From Podarcis pityusensis (taxonomy: Eukaryota), in assembly GCA_964106645.2 (NCBI GenBank), contig OZ067045.1: a stretch of 64,000 bases of DNA; one strand, given 5' to 3'. Positions 45,001-57,014 of the stretch are shown one piece after another (the first letter of the stretch is position 1; each line of letters opens with the position of its first letter). The translations under genes were made by a program, and so were the position numbers. The notes under the pieces are model-generated. The model did not search any database and was not told where the DNA came from. It saw only the letters and a program-made list of their open reading frames with translations.

Positions 45001-48000
45001 GTGTCATTTGGGCCTTTGAAGACATTAGCTGTGTAAGATTCAGGCTGAGCTTTTTAGCAGCTGCATTGGGCAATAAGGATTAGAGCAGAGGAATTCAGTG
45101 TTCCTCTTTGCAATGTGCCTAAGACCATGCTGGCTAATTGTCCCCCTCTTGTGGTCATTCCCTGGGAGAATTACTCTACATTTCTGCCACTTATTTGTAG
45201 TAAATTCAACCATTAAAGAGATCCAAGGGAAGAAGCACAGGTGAATCCTGACTCCTCTTTTCTTCCTTCTGCTGAAGCACCCCAGTTGAATTTGTAGACT
45301 TCATCTCATTTTCAAAATCCTGGTGAAATCGCCACCAGTGGAGCCATGGCAGAATCTGACAAGTCAGGAAGAATGTGCCCGGCTCTGGATAGAACTAGGC
45401 AAAACCTGACAGGGGTCGTGGTTGATGACTGGCAGAGTCAGAAGTCAGCTGGGTTTTCAGCTCCAAGTGCTGGTTCCCACATAGAATTGACATTTACTGC
45501 TTGGACCAGTAAAACATTGACTGTTTGGTGATCCTAATTGCTTAGGTCATCAGCCAAGGTCCTGCTCTGGGTCTCTCTGCCTTCAGAGGTTAGGCCTTCT
45601 CAGTGGTGATGCCTAGTCACTGGTGACCCTGTCTGATCTCATCACTGTTAACCTTGTTAGGCATCAAATTGTTGCTGTTTTCCTGGGGCTTATCTTGAAC
45701 GATGCCCGTCTTTTGCTCTTTATTGCTGCTGGCTATTTAATTTGATTATGCTTAGTTTTGTGATTCAGTTTCATTATTTGTTGCATTAAGAGATCTTTCA
45801 GCTGGGTGGAAAGATTATAAATTAAATAATTAAATGATTTTTTAAAAGTCCCAGAATACTTACCATGGATGAGGTCCCAGATCTCTCATATTGCAAGAGA
45901 CATAGGAAGTGCATAGGTCGATCTAAGGGTCTTCTTTCAATCTGACTTTTCAACGGGTGCTGCATTGGCCCTTGGCAGAGTTTCTTCCAGCTCAGATGGT
46001 TGAGGTCTCAGCTTGAGACCTGTCTGGAATTCATCTCCCAACTTGGGCTAATGGGGAGAGATGATTACGCACACGCATCACATTAAGTTCTTCTGCTGAT
46101 TCATATGCTGAGACCACCTCGCTTCATGGTATTTGTGACTTTGAATATTTTAAATGTAATTATAAAATATTAAACCGGAGCAAAGAGATTTTTCAAAAGA
46201 AGCTGGCTTTAGAAGTCAAAGAGAAACTGACAGTTTTCTTTTTTCATCAAAAGTTTAAATGGCTTGCTAAAAAATATTAACTCTGCTATCTGTATATGAG
46301 ATTCACTTGGCCTTGTAAGAAGTTTTAAAGCAGCCCTGTGGTATGTCTTGCATCGTTGCTACAAGTTTTCTCCTTTGGGGCTATAGCAAACATTTATGGT
46401 TGTCTCTTAATATATTCAAAGTTTGATCAGATAATTCAATGGAAAATTAAGTGAGAGCTTAAATAATGTGCAATAACTTGGGCAGGTACACATAGTTAAG
46501 TGTAGACAAATGTTCATGTTGGCAGCTTTCCAGCTTTCTTGAAATGATCTCTTCCCTTTGTTTGTTAAATTGTATACCTTCAATCAGGTATCTGCAATAA
46601 CAACATGGGCATCTTATTTCTGTTGTTACTTATGATTACAGTACAGCCAGCCTGGGATTGTATTACTTCAGGATGAGTGTTTTAAAGGCCTTATCCCTTA
46701 TAAGCAAGATGCTTTTGCCCTTCTGAATTGCATGGCTTTTACTAGGATGGTTGACCTAACTCTTACCTGCATGGACTGTTGCCTTAATTCTTAAGCCTAT
46801 CCTAAAACCCCAAAATGAGGTCTGGTCAAAAGACATGGGGCTTGAGGGAGTTGCAGGGGCAAATAAGTGTGTCTGTAGAGATGGTCCCCTCTAGAGCCCC
46901 ACAAGGCCTAAGTCTGCCTCCAATGGAGACAAAATCTGCAACTTTGGGTATGTATTTGCCAACTCTCAGTCCTTGACTGCTTCTTCATCTTTCACTCCAG
47001 TTGCAAAGAGAGTTGCCAGATAAAACCCACTAAAGTGATATTCCCTCCATCAGTCTCGGGGGCACTTGCTTGAGAAAGCTGTTCAAGTCCTTTTGAAAAG
47101 GACTGGGGTTTTTACATCCCTTGTCTCTCTTTCTTTAACTAGATCAGCACACAGACACACACACAAATCACATTAATTGTCTAAGAACTAATTAATTTAA
47201 AACAGAATTAATTCTTGCAACCAAATGTAGCTGTTTTGCAAGCAGATGTGAGGATATAGGAATTTCTCTTGCCTATATTACGAAGTATAACTTTAGCTAT
47301 ACAGTTATACCAATATGATAATAAAGTTGTTCTTAATATTTGCCCAGGTCTAACACCCCCAAGAAGTCAGTGATTGCAGGAAGCATGCAGCTCTTAGCAG
47401 GCGTCAAGCTGTGTACAGGAAGGATTTTAACAAATCACCCCCACTATGAGGACAAGAGCCTGAGAGAAAGAACAAAACAGGTAAGGGAGACCTTCTCAGC
47501 AAGTCCTTACAGCTGAGCCATTGGTCAGGCCTGGCATAAAGTTATTAATGGGTGTAGCTAAAGGAAGCTCCATTGTCTCCCACCAACACCTGGCCCAAGT
47601 CAAACATTCATTGCAAGGCACTCAGCAGTGATTAAAATGAAATCAGTATTACCAAAACTGTTTTCTGAGGGAACAGATGCACTGTTTGGGGGTTCTCCTT
47701 GATCCACCATTGTCACATAAGGCCCAACTTGTAATCAACACACCAACAGCAACTGCACCTGGACCTAACATAATCTGGTATTGAGAACCTCAAGACTTAA
47801 TTACTGAGTGTGTTCTATGCAGTGCTGCCATTAGGTCTGGTCAGGAAGCCATAGCTGGTGCTAGACTGCTAAGTTTGACATCCCATCCCAAACACAAACT
47901 TGATGCTGAGCCAGATTTAAGATGCTGCTGTAACTTACGTAGCAATCTTGTAGAGAGTATTCCCTTCCTTTATATTTCAGAAGTTGTACATTCAGATTCT

Positions 48001-49729
48001 TTGGTCTTTTTCTTGTACCCATTTCTTATCCATATCTCTATTTTAGTCAATGCAAAAGAGCCACACTAAGCCAGACAAAAGATCCATCTTGCCCAGTGTC
48101 TTATTTCCCACAATAATTAGCAGGGTGCTCCCAGGAAGTCCACAAGCAGCCATCAAGGCTGCAAGCCAGTTCCTGCTGTTACCTGCCATCAAGTCGTATT
48201 CCATGGTATACTTTCTCTGAATACAGAGGGCCCCATCATGACTAATTGACAGACTTCTTCACGAATTTGTCTTTTAAAGCCATCTAAGCCAGTGACTGTT
48301 ACCATATCTTGGCACAGTGAATTTCATACTTCAATTTTGTGTTGCGTGTGTTCTTCCTTTTGTGTGTTCTGAAATATACCTCCATCCAATTTCAGTGGAT
48401 GACCCTGAATTCTAGTATTATGGAACAGGTGCAGGGGACTGTCAAATTTCTCCACGTTATTTCATAAATCTCTGTCTTATGCTCCTCGAGTTGTCTTTTT
48501 TTTTCCAACTTTGAGCAATAAAGAAATGGCAGAAATGGGGGTGGGAATCACAATTCTAATTAAATTACACTGTTTCTAGGTTTATCAGGTGTATGCAAAA
48601 AGATCTCCTGAAGAAGTCTACAGGATCCTCAGATCTTTTGGGACTGACTTTGTGATCCTGGAGGACAGTATTTGTTATGAAAGAAGACACAGCAGGGGCT
48701 GTCGGCTGCGTGATCTTCTGGACATAGCAAATGGCCACGTAAGTACTGGAGCCTGCCTTCCTGTTTGCATTACAGTATTTGCAGGAACTCTGGCACAGGA
48801 TCATCTCTCCCTGTAACACGCTGTGACTTTGTGGCCAACACAGTGCACTCCAGATGTTGTTAAACTCCAACTCCCATCAGCCACAAAGCAGCCTGGCAAA
48901 TGGTTAGGGACGATGGGAGTTGTACCAACAGTAATTGGATGGTGTCTTGGTTGGCTGTCTTGCCTTAAATGCACAGCAAACATAGTGTGAAATGTACTAT
49001 GAACCAGACAGCAGGACTATTATGTCACTGGGAAATCTAGCATTTATGTTCTGTTTGGAGTTTATAAAGAAGGCTGCAATCCTAATCCCACTTGCCTGTA
49101 AGCCCCATTGAATTCTGCTGGACTAACTTCTGAGTAGATGTAGTTAGAATTGTGCTGTAATCTGTGGTCAGGCGTTAGGATTGCCCATGTGAATTAATAT
49201 AGGATTGAATCAAGTAAAGTACAACAGTAAAGTACAATGTGCCATACACTGAAAGCACATTTTTCCTCCAAAGAATCTAGGGAAATCTAGTTTGCCTCTC
49301 ACACAGCCACAATTCCCAGCACCCTTAACAAACTGCAGTTTGTAACAAACTACAGGATTCTTTGCTGGGTGTGTGAGGTGCGTGTGCTTTCTGGTGTATG
49401 GTGTGTGGGCAGCTGTGGGCTTTTTTCTGACTATACAATGGCATCTGGTGCTTGTACAGCTTAGTGTGTTTCCTTTGTATTGCATTAAGAGAGCAGTTCA
49501 TTGTTTTAGAATGTGGTAACAAGAAGATGTTTGAACAACCTTGTAATTTCTGTTACAGACCATGGATGGTCCTGGGGAGAATGATCCTGATTTAAAACAT
49601 TCGCCACATCCTCGCTTCTGTGAGGAAATCAAACGAGACCTGCCTTCATACACAATGTATTTTGCTAAAGTATTTCAGAACAAAACGTTCCATGTTTACA
49701 AGCTCGCTAGACATAAAAAGACTACATAG
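17983..49729 (+). CDS. DPY19L3: Protein C-mannosyltransferase DPY19L3, spliced CDS of 18 coding exons (~716-726 aa)
   Basis: Motifs [110 protein letters not shown]. All introns are GT-AG with a continuous frame. Confidence 0.97.
19224..19357 (-). mobile_element. Short SINE with tRNA-Lys(CTT)-derived head and CR1 LINE 3' tail
   Basis: Reverse complement reads cagtcggtagagcatgagactcttactctcaggattgtgggtt... followed by ggtcccttccaactctacaattctatgattcta (CR1 ATTCTRTG tail). Confidence 0.75.
20798..20937 (+). CDS. DPY19L3: DPY19L3 coding exon 2 (start ambiguous: 20783, 20798 or 20813)
   Basis: [40 protein letters not shown]; donor AAG|gtaaca. Confidence 0.88.
22698..22772 (-). mobile_element. 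CR1-type 3' tail fragment (same tail as 19224)
   Basis: agaattgtagagttggaagggacccaaagggtcatctggttcaacccctgcaatgcag. Confidence 0.65.
23592..23625. repeat. (CA)n microsatellite
   Basis: About 17 perfect AC units. Confidence 0.95.
25141..25396. mobile_element. hAT-superfamily MITE, 256 bp
   Basis: Imperfect TIRs caggggtcagcaaact / agtttgcctacccatg; perfect 8-bp TSD GTTAAGAC at 25133-25140 and 25397-25404. Confidence 0.9.
26314..26404 (+). CDS. DPY19L3: DPY19L3 coding exon 3
   Basis: [30 protein letters not shown]; ccag/gtattg boundaries. Confidence 0.94.
27116..27237 (+). CDS. DPY19L3: DPY19L3 coding exon 4
   Basis: [35 protein letters not shown]; acag/gtgagt. Confidence 0.94.
27743..28007 (+). 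mobile_element. Full-length Squam3-like (tRNA/CORE) SINE
   Basis: Head gagagccagtgtggtgtagtggttaagagc (A box), ggttcgcgtct (B box), CORE-like gggtgaccttgggctagtcac, (CTC/CTT)n tail. Confidence 0.8.
28123..28268 (+). CDS. DPY19L3: DPY19L3 coding exon 5
   Basis: [38 protein letters not shown]; acag/gtgagg. Confidence 0.94.
29360..29483 (+). CDS. DPY19L3: DPY19L3 coding exon 6
   Basis: [29 protein letters not shown]; gcag/gtgagc. Confidence 0.94.
30531..30665 (+). CDS. DPY19L3: DPY19L3 coding exon 7
   Basis: [30 protein letters not shown]; ccag/gtaagc. Confidence 0.94.
31221..31352 (+). CDS. DPY19L3: DPY19L3 coding exon 8
   Basis: [44 protein letters not shown]; gtag/gtatgt. Confidence 0.93.
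31658..31685. repeat. (TAT)n microsatellite
   Basis: About 9 TAT units. Confidence 0.9.
33332..33433 (+). CDS. DPY19L3: DPY19L3 coding exon 9
   Basis: [34 protein letters not shown]; ccag/gtgagt. Confidence 0.93.
34213..34286 (+). CDS. DPY19L3: DPY19L3 coding exon 10
   Basis: [25 protein letters not shown]; gcag/gtatgg. Confidence 0.94.
34861..35019 (+). CDS. DPY19L3: DPY19L3 coding exon 11
   Basis: [25 protein letters not shown]...; ttag/gtatgt. Confidence 0.94.
35448..35475. repeat. (CA)n microsatellite
   Basis: About 14 units. Confidence 0.9.
35521..35746. mobile_element. Tc1/mariner (Tigger/pogo-like) MITE, copy 2
   Basis: TIR cagtggtacctcagg / cctgaggtaccactg; TA flanks. Confidence 0.88.
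36032..36109. repeat. (GATA)n microsatellite with GAT interruptions
   Basis: Read directly from the sequence. Confidence 0.95.
36585..36707 (+). CDS. DPY19L3: DPY19L3 coding exon 12
   Basis: ...[24 protein letters not shown]; tcag/gtaccc. Confidence 0.92.
37105..37216 (+). CDS. DPY19L3: DPY19L3 coding exon 13
   Basis: [19 protein letters not shown]...HLYTPQR; gcag/gttagt. Confidence 0.93.
37765..37821 (+). CDS. DPY19L3: DPY19L3 coding exon 14
   Basis: [19 protein letters not shown] (57 nt); ctag/gtaggg. Confidence 0.9.
38090..38192 (+). mobile_element. LINE (CR1-like) 3' end fragment
   Basis: cacaggcatctggttggccactgtgagaacaggatgctggactag...cttacattcttac. Related copies at ~58600-58820 (+) and ~27370-27560, ~48060-48300 (-). 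Confidence 0.55.
39169..39974 (-). mobile_element. 5'-truncated L1/Tx1-clade LINE (ORF2 C-terminus, 3'UTR and poly-A)
   Basis: Open 202-aa ORF 39360-39968 with the zinc-knuckle [18 protein letters not shown]; AATAAA and A-tail on the minus strand; 18-bp TSD gaacctgtaggttttttc at 39151-39168 and 39975-39992. Confidence 0.92.
41535..41617 (+). CDS. DPY19L3: DPY19L3 coding exon 15
   Basis: [27 protein letters not shown]; ctag/gtaaga. Confidence 0.94.
44035..44276. mobile_element. Tc1/mariner (Tigger/pogo-like) MITE, copy 3
   Basis: TIR cagtggtacctcgggtta / taacccaaggtaccactg; TA flanks; one extra 16-bp subterminal repeat. Confidence 0.88.
47348..47480 (+). CDS. DPY19L3: DPY19L3 coding exon 16
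   Basis: [44 protein letters not shown]; ccag/gtaagg. Confidence 0.94.
48580..48738 (+). CDS. DPY19L3: DPY19L3 coding exon 17
   Basis: [53 protein letters not shown]; ctag/gtaagt. Confidence 0.94.
49559..49729 (+). CDS. DPY19L3: DPY19L3 last coding exon
   Basis: [56 protein letters not shown]; acag acceptor, TAG at 49727-29. Confidence 0.94.
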   Translation, partial: TMDGPGENDPDLKHSPHPRFCEEIKRDLPSYTMYFAKVFQNKTFHVYKLARHKKTT

Positions 49730-52700
49730 CTTTGCTGTGACCGCAGCAGCTCATGCCAAGAGTTTACAGAAACGGTTCATGGAGCGGGGTGGAATCATTG
49801 TACACTGGGTTAAGTGTTTTACCTTTTAATTACTGTGATCATTAGAAAGGGTTTGTGCTGATAATGTTTTTATGTGTCCAGAAAGCTTTTCTAGACTACA
49901 GAAGGCTGGTTCAGAAAGGGCTCTGGTGCAGACGTTGTACAAGTGGTGTGGTGCAAGCTCCACCCTGACGTCTTCAGTGTCATGTGGGAGTGACTCTTTT
50001 GTGAAGCACGCTGGCACATCCCCCATGAAAACGATGCTCAACATACAGAGAAGGGGGGTGGAGTCTGAGACTTAGTCTCACCTGCATTGCACTCAAAGCA
50101 TACTTACCCAGGACCTCTGTGGACCAGCTGTTGTGTCTTTCCATCTACTGCTAATCTAGGGGAGTCTGCTCAGGGTTCTGGCTTGCTAACATGATCCTGC
50201 TGATACCATTAGTGTCTTGTTGTTGCTTCTTCAGTTATTTTCCTTAGGGTGCTTGGGAACACCAATCCAAAAACATTTACTTGGGAGTAGTTTCTCCAGA
50301 TTTTTCTTGGTGCTTTTTCCATGGTTGCTTAAGCATCACAGACTAATCTTCTGATGTCTCAGCCCTCAACCCGGATCCCAGAGCTTTGCTGCCAAAGTGC
50401 TTAGGGTGTATATACCAGTGACCTTTTCCTTTTCTAATGCTAGGACCCAGATGTGAGCTCTGTAATAGCCATCAGCAATGCAATGCTTTTGGTAACCTTC
50501 CCTTCACACGCACACCCTGCTCTCCCTTGCTTCTCTCTCAGACAGCACAGCTCTGAGGATACTTGGCCCTCTGCTGACAAGGATGGAGCTGCCAGTCTCT
50601 TAGCAGCCACTGTGCAGCTAAGGGCAAAGTAACCCAAGAACATCCCTGCGTACAGTTTTGCTCTTAGCAGGGACTAAAAAGTGAGGGTTTTCCCCAGCAG
50701 GGACAGCTATGCTGTTCTTGCCACAGCATTGTCTTTGTGCCATCGCTCATCCAACACCAGGTCCTTAATTTTTGCTGCAGGTTGATCTGCCCCAAAGCAA
50801 AGCTCTGGGCTTTGTATGAGTGCTGTCTCTGAAGACCATAGTCCAGCAAAAGGCTTGCGTCCGTCATTTGAACATTGCTCCCCTTCCTCATTATATGGTA
50901 CTTCTCAAGCTCTCTTGACTTTCAAACATTTGTTGCTCAGCATTCCATTTGTAATGTTTAGTGGCTGCTTGTTTTACCTGCGGTTCCACACTTGATGACT
51001 GATTTTTGTGTGTGGTTTTCAAACTTCGAAGACTGGAGCATGTTGGGTTTCTTCGTTTTTCTTTCGATAATGTAGCATGTTGTGGCGTCCTTTCAGAGGA
51101 GCTTTTACAAACAAGCAAAATGCCCCCCCCCATGTCCCCTCCTGCATATTACAATGTTCAGTTACTGTATTCTGTTCTCCCAACCCCCTTCTAAGTGTGT
51201 CTTTTTAAGTAAGAATACCAAACCCAAGAGAAACACTGTCATGAGCTTCGTTATTAAAAGTGGTAGGATATATTGTGCTTTAAGGGAGATTTTTGCTTTA
51301 TTGTATGTGACAAGTACTTACACGAACTGTTTCCTCTCAAAGATCCTCCCCTCTTCAATGTTTTCCCCCTCCTTACTTGGACAAAAAACAACAACCCCAT
51401 GAATCATGTTCCTTATGTTGAAGCAAATAGATTTCACATTTTTGTACTTTTATGAAGACTATCAACTTTATAATGCTGTGCTTTTTTTATTAAAAAAAGT
51501 CACTGTGATGTTTTTAAAGCTAATTTTAACATTTTTATATGAGACTTATGGTAGGGTTGGTTTGGAAGTAGAACTTTCCCAATCACTACCAAGTAACTTG
51601 GCAGCTGTAGGCACAACCTTTATTAACTTCAAAGTCCCATTCAAATGCATGGGAGTTGGGCAAGGCCACAATCCATCTCCTGTTAACTCCATTTTTTCCC
51701 TGGTGTAATAATGGCCAGTGTTCACTTCTGGTGCAAAATCTGATGATAATCAAGTGCCTCTGGAAAAACATCAATAGGAAGCATATTTGGCCTGCTCAAA
51801 TAGTTCACGTAAGAAAATTGTTGCAATTAATTCCTAACGATGAGAAATTTGCAGAGCTTCAGCTAGCCTCCCCCACATTTAATTAAATCAAGATGTGTAA
51901 TGAGATTAAAGTTCCCCAACTGAGCTATGTTCCAGTTCCCAATGATTTAAACACTTTCCCCCTCTGCAGTTGTTCCTTGGTAAATTACTGCAGGGCTAGA
52001 TACGGTTCTGTCACCCTCACACAAAATAATTTTACATTTAAGCGCAAGTATTCATTAAATAACACACAGGATCCTTCTGCGCTTTCATCCCACCACCACC
52101 AAAAGGAAAGCAGACTTTAATCAGCTCACACTTAAATCAAACCTGGAGGTGAGCCATGCAGGATTTTTTGATTTTTTTATTATTATTATTTTTAGTGAGG
52201 AAGCAAAGCCCCTGAATAATTCCTACTCTGTTTCCCTTAATGAGGTTGGAGCCCACTGCCGCTTCAACATAATACAATAATAAAACATTCTAATAAGTAG
52301 TAAAACTTTAATTAAGCCTGTAGTGATGTGTGCCTGATCTTGCTGGGAGCCTGGGTCAGCAGATTCCTCGCTGGTAATGCTGCATGCTAATTCCGGATAA
52401 GCACATCCCAGGCACGGTGGAGTGAGATAAGGTTGCCCTGTCCTTTAGAGGCAGTGGGCCTAATCAGCTGAGGATGCAGGCGCTCAGGGCCACTTTGCCC
52501 AGAACATTATGCACCTGTCTCCCAAGCAGCCCACACAGCCGCAGTATATCAGGCCTCATCTTATTTTAAGCCTTAAGCTTGGCCAGTGTGGAGGAGCAGG
52601 CAGAGATATGACAGCCTGCATGTGGTTCTGAGGTCTTATTGCGACTGCTGCAGACGCCTCTGTCATGGCATATGCAAAACGGGGGCATGGCCAGGTGGGC

Positions 52701-53386
52701 ACTTGAGGTGCTGGCAGCTCACCACTCTAGTACCTGCTGCTTAACTTCAGCTTCCCCAGCAAGAATTCCGATGGCACTACTATCTTTTTTAAAAAAGAAC
52801 ACTGACCCATGCACTGTTTCAGTATTTTCACATCACATTTTTTATTACCAAATATGTATGATCAAATATTGCCATCTTAGAAATGCAAGCTTTTTAAAAA
52901 AAAAATCTGGAGCTGTCAGTTGTCCCACCCCACCCCATCCCCCGACCAAGCCAAATCTGACCTTGACTATAACAAAACAGTGTGAGAAGGCAATCTTTTT
53001 TATTGGGCCAACTAAAATACTGGATGCAAGTTTTTGGGTTGCACAGAACTCTCTGGTGGGCTTAGTGTGACCTTAAGAGGGACATGGTCAGTGGAGAAAG
53101 AGGGAGAGAGAGAGAGAGAGCGCTGCTACTTGGGTCATTAGAATGATGGAGCTGGAGCTGCATTAAGGGTGTTAAAAGGGAAATTTCATTTTCTTTGTAA
53201 TGTGCCTGATACCTGCAAAGCAATTTCAGGGGTCTGGGTGGCTTGGTGTTGTTGTGGGAATGTTGTAGGCATCAGGAATAGCCTTTGAGATGCTGGGTGC
53301 CAAATGGTTTTTGTTTGCTTTGCTCCTGTAGTTATCAGTACTTGAGGGCTGTTAGAATGTGCCAGGGGTCCCTTTCCTGTCTAATA

Positions 53387-53432
53387 TTCCTTCCTTCCTT
53401 CCTTCCTTCCTTCCTTCCTTCCTTCCTTCCTT
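53387..53432. repeat. (TTCC)n microsatellite
   Basis: About 11 units. Confidence 0.95.
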
Positions 53433-56400
53433 TGCATCCTTTCCAGTCATGGAAGTGTACCCCACCACCCGCTTCATTTTAATTTAAGGAAGGAAGGAAG
53501 GAGGAGGTTCAGAAGTAAGGATTGGCCAGTAGGTTGGCTGGTGAGTCGCCATCCTGTGCCTTTTGTCTGCAAGCACTCAAGGCTACACAGTGCTGGCACC
53601 TTTTTTTCTAGAAGAAAAGCACTGATTTAAAGTGTGGCATTTAATGTAATAGCTTCATGGTGAGTACCAGCACTGTATTACTAGAAGAAAAGCAATGGTT
53701 TCCCCCACATCCTTACTTGAACATGCACAATTGGAAGGCAGGTCTGACAACCTGAAAAAGCCCCAACATCAGGGATTGTGGAATAAATCCAAGCAGCGAC
53801 GTGTATAATGTGTCTGACACAATCATCAAAGGAAGTTTGAGGGACGCTTAGCAAATAAGTCCCTCAAACTTGGGCAGTACATGGGGAGGAGGAGTTGGGA
53901 ATGGTAGGGAACAGAACCCTAGAAAGCTGAATTCAGAACCTTGCAGGCATTTACCCTGTTTCTCAGCATGCTGTGACTGGGTGGCTTCCTTTTACAGCGC
54001 AAGAGTCACACCTGCCCTTGGCCCCCATCCGTTGGGAGCTGCATCCCATCAGTTAGCATGGCCAAAACTGGGTGCAGCCACCACACACTAAAGCAGGAAC
54101 ACACACAGGCACATAGCCCACCTGCCTCAGCTGATCCATGAAGAAAGAGCTATCGTCTCACCACTCAACAAATGATCAGTCTGATGTCTGGGAACGGCAT
54201 GATTTACATCGCCTCCAAGGTCCTGGGCTCTGCCCAGCCTGTGCTGTGTACAGCCAGCTCACAACTTGTGTGCATTTAACTTGCACAATCGCAGCTTTAC
54301 GCTCTTGGTGGCCGGCCAGCACACAGTCACCCAAATTAAACATACACAAGGCGGAAAGCTTAAAAGCGGTTTCCACATCACGTTTTCCTGCCGTGGAAAA
54401 AGCTTTTAAGGTCTCCACCTTGCTATCTGGTTCTGGGAAAGTCTCACATTGTCTCTGGGAGGCTCCAGTGAGATCTCAGGAGCCTCCCAGAGCTGGTATG
54501 AGAGCCTCCCATAGCCCGTTAAGCAAGGCAAAGAGCTTATAAGCTCTGCATTGCTTGGGTGGCAAGGCTCACATGGTGTACTGGCTCCAGAAAGGTAGGG
54601 GTGGTTGCATTGGAGCGGTTCTGGGGTGGTTTTGGCTACACACAATTTTGGCTTTACACATCATCTCCTGCACTTATTGAGGCTATAGCTATTGTGATCT
54701 GAATCTAACTCCCAAGCAAGTTGTGAGTCATCTGTATTTATTTTCACTTTTCTGCTGCAACCAAAACTGGAGAAGTCGGGGGGGGGTGTCCCCTGTTTTG
54801 AGGGAAGCAGGTCAAGCCCTTGAACTTGGGGTTAGAAACTACAGCATAGGAGGGAACTGTAGGAAGGGGGCACAGCTGTAGAATTCATAAGCTGCCAAAG
54901 ATTCAAGTCTAGCTGTGAGCTAGTTTAGCGACAGGGCTAGTTCCCATTCTGGGAGCAAAGATTGCGGGTTTTCATGCTGCTTCAGGTCAGTTTTTCTTCT
55001 TCTTCAGTATTGCATTCCCTTAGTTCAGGCCTGTACAATTTATGACCCACCAAGCCAAGTGTAACACACCAGCCATGCCTATTGGCCCACCAGATGATCA
55101 GCAAATCTGCCTGTCTTTGACTGCAAACCTGAGCGGGACTGGGTGGGGGGGAACATGGCTGATGAATTGCATTTGTTGAGCTGGCCTGGGAAGCCTGCCT
55201 TTAGCACATGGGATGAGAAATCTGTAGCCCTCCAAATGTGGTTGTACTCAATGTTCATCAGACCCAGCCAGAGTGGCCAGTGTTTAGCAATGATGGACAC
55301 TAGAGTCCCAAGTGAAAGGCCACATGCTAGCCATCCCCGTTCCTCACTGTGCCATCTGTAACATTCTGCTACCAAATGCATGCCAAAAAAAGTTGTTTAT
55401 TATTAAACGTGATTCTCTTCTCGCTTGCAAGAAACACTTGCATCCAACCTGCAAGCTACTTGCAGTGCAATCCTAAACGGTGTTTACACAGAAGTAGATC
55501 CAACGGATGTCCAGTGGATCTACTTCCAAGTTCAAACCCAACTTGTTGCCACCCTTGTCTGCTCCTTGGCCCCTTAGTGTGGAAGAAAAGGTTACTCTAC
55601 ATTTATTCAGAAGAGAAGTTTTCTATACAGTTACAGTAAAAGTGAAATTGTCAGTCTGTGGAGCTAAAAAGTCAAAAGGAGGCCAATATGAACATGAGGA
55701 GACACACATCTTCAATATTTTTGCTGGTTAACACTTCACCGTGCAGGCATTTTATAAGATGCTGTACTGAGATGCATGAATATTGTCTTCTAAATAAAGT
55801 TTGATCTGCAAATCAAAACCTGTTGCCATCTGTCCTTTTTAAGGCAGCCATTTAAAAACCTGTTTCTCTTGTTGTTGCTCACATCCTCTGTCAAAAGCAG
55901 CTCATTCTTCTGCCAAAAGAAGCTTTTTGACCTTGTCTTAAGCGCCTTAACATGCTGAAAGGAGTTAATATTTATTTAAATCATCTTTGGGCTTTGACAG
56001 CTTGTAAGAGTAGCTTTTATTGAATTTCCAAGTTAAATGATTTAGCAGTAGCATTTTTTCCCCCTGCCATTGCTGCCTGGCGCACTTAACTTTTGTGAGG
56101 TTAGCAGCTTGTCTGAGGAAGTTATTTGGATAGCGTTAAATAGAAGTTGCTTTCTGATCCATGGGGATCCATTGCTGCTTTTTCCCTTTCCTCCTAATGG
56201 TGAATTTCTCAATAGTTTTGAAACTTTATATGATAGAAAGAAGCAGGTCTCTTGTCAGGGAAGCCCAGCCAAAAGTAATTGCATGTGGCATGCGGCCTTA
56301 TTTGAATTTTGAAAGGTTGGTCTAGGACAAGGGTTTAAAAATACAGTATTGCTGAGATCTCATGGATAAGCATGGCTTGTCTTCAGTCAAAACCACTGCC

Positions 56401-57014
56401 TTGTTTGACTAGTAAAGTGATTAAAAGTTTGTAGTGTAAAGCAAGTGCAAGCTAGGAACTCAAACTAGATTGGGTTGATGACGGTCTATGTTGGATGTAA
56501 TTGCTTCAGGAAACCTATTTCAGAAATAATTGATCTAGTATGAGCCTCTGTAGAGCAGCAGTATTACTCAAGAGCACGTTTACTATACTGTCAGGAAAGC
56601 TGGCAGTGACCCTTTTTACACCTCCAGAGGTGGAGGTTGGGAGGTTGCCTAGAAAGTAAAGGAAACACAATAGCTTGGGGTCCAGGGGGTGACAATAAGC
56701 TGTTGCAGTAACCATGAGCTACTGTGGCTAGCACAGCTCCCATCAGGGAGCTGTGCTAGCTACATCAGGTGAAGGGAGTGGTCTGGTTACTAAGGTGTTC
56801 ATATTAAATAAAATGCAGATCCATGAAGCTGAGCTAGCTGGACAAACTTCATCAAAGGAGTGGCATGCAGCCATAGTCTTTAGGGTATGTAGCACAGAAC
56901 AATTGTTAACCTGTATCGGGAATATCTTTGGTAGCATCTGGTAAAAGGTGGTACAGTGGCTTGTGTTCCCTCTGCTAGCAGCACACAGGAAGATAGGAAA
57001 TGGTGTGATAGCAA

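Noticed and set aside
47276-47310. loxP-like look (attacgaagtataact...agttatac) with an 8-bp inverted repeat
   Set aside because: Lacks the 13-8-13 architecture; a short AT-rich palindrome expected by chance.
49715-49729. C-terminal KKTT of DPY19L3 as a KKxx ER-retrieval signal
   Set aside because: The DPY19-family C-terminal domain is luminal, where COPI cannot read KKxx; likely coincidental.
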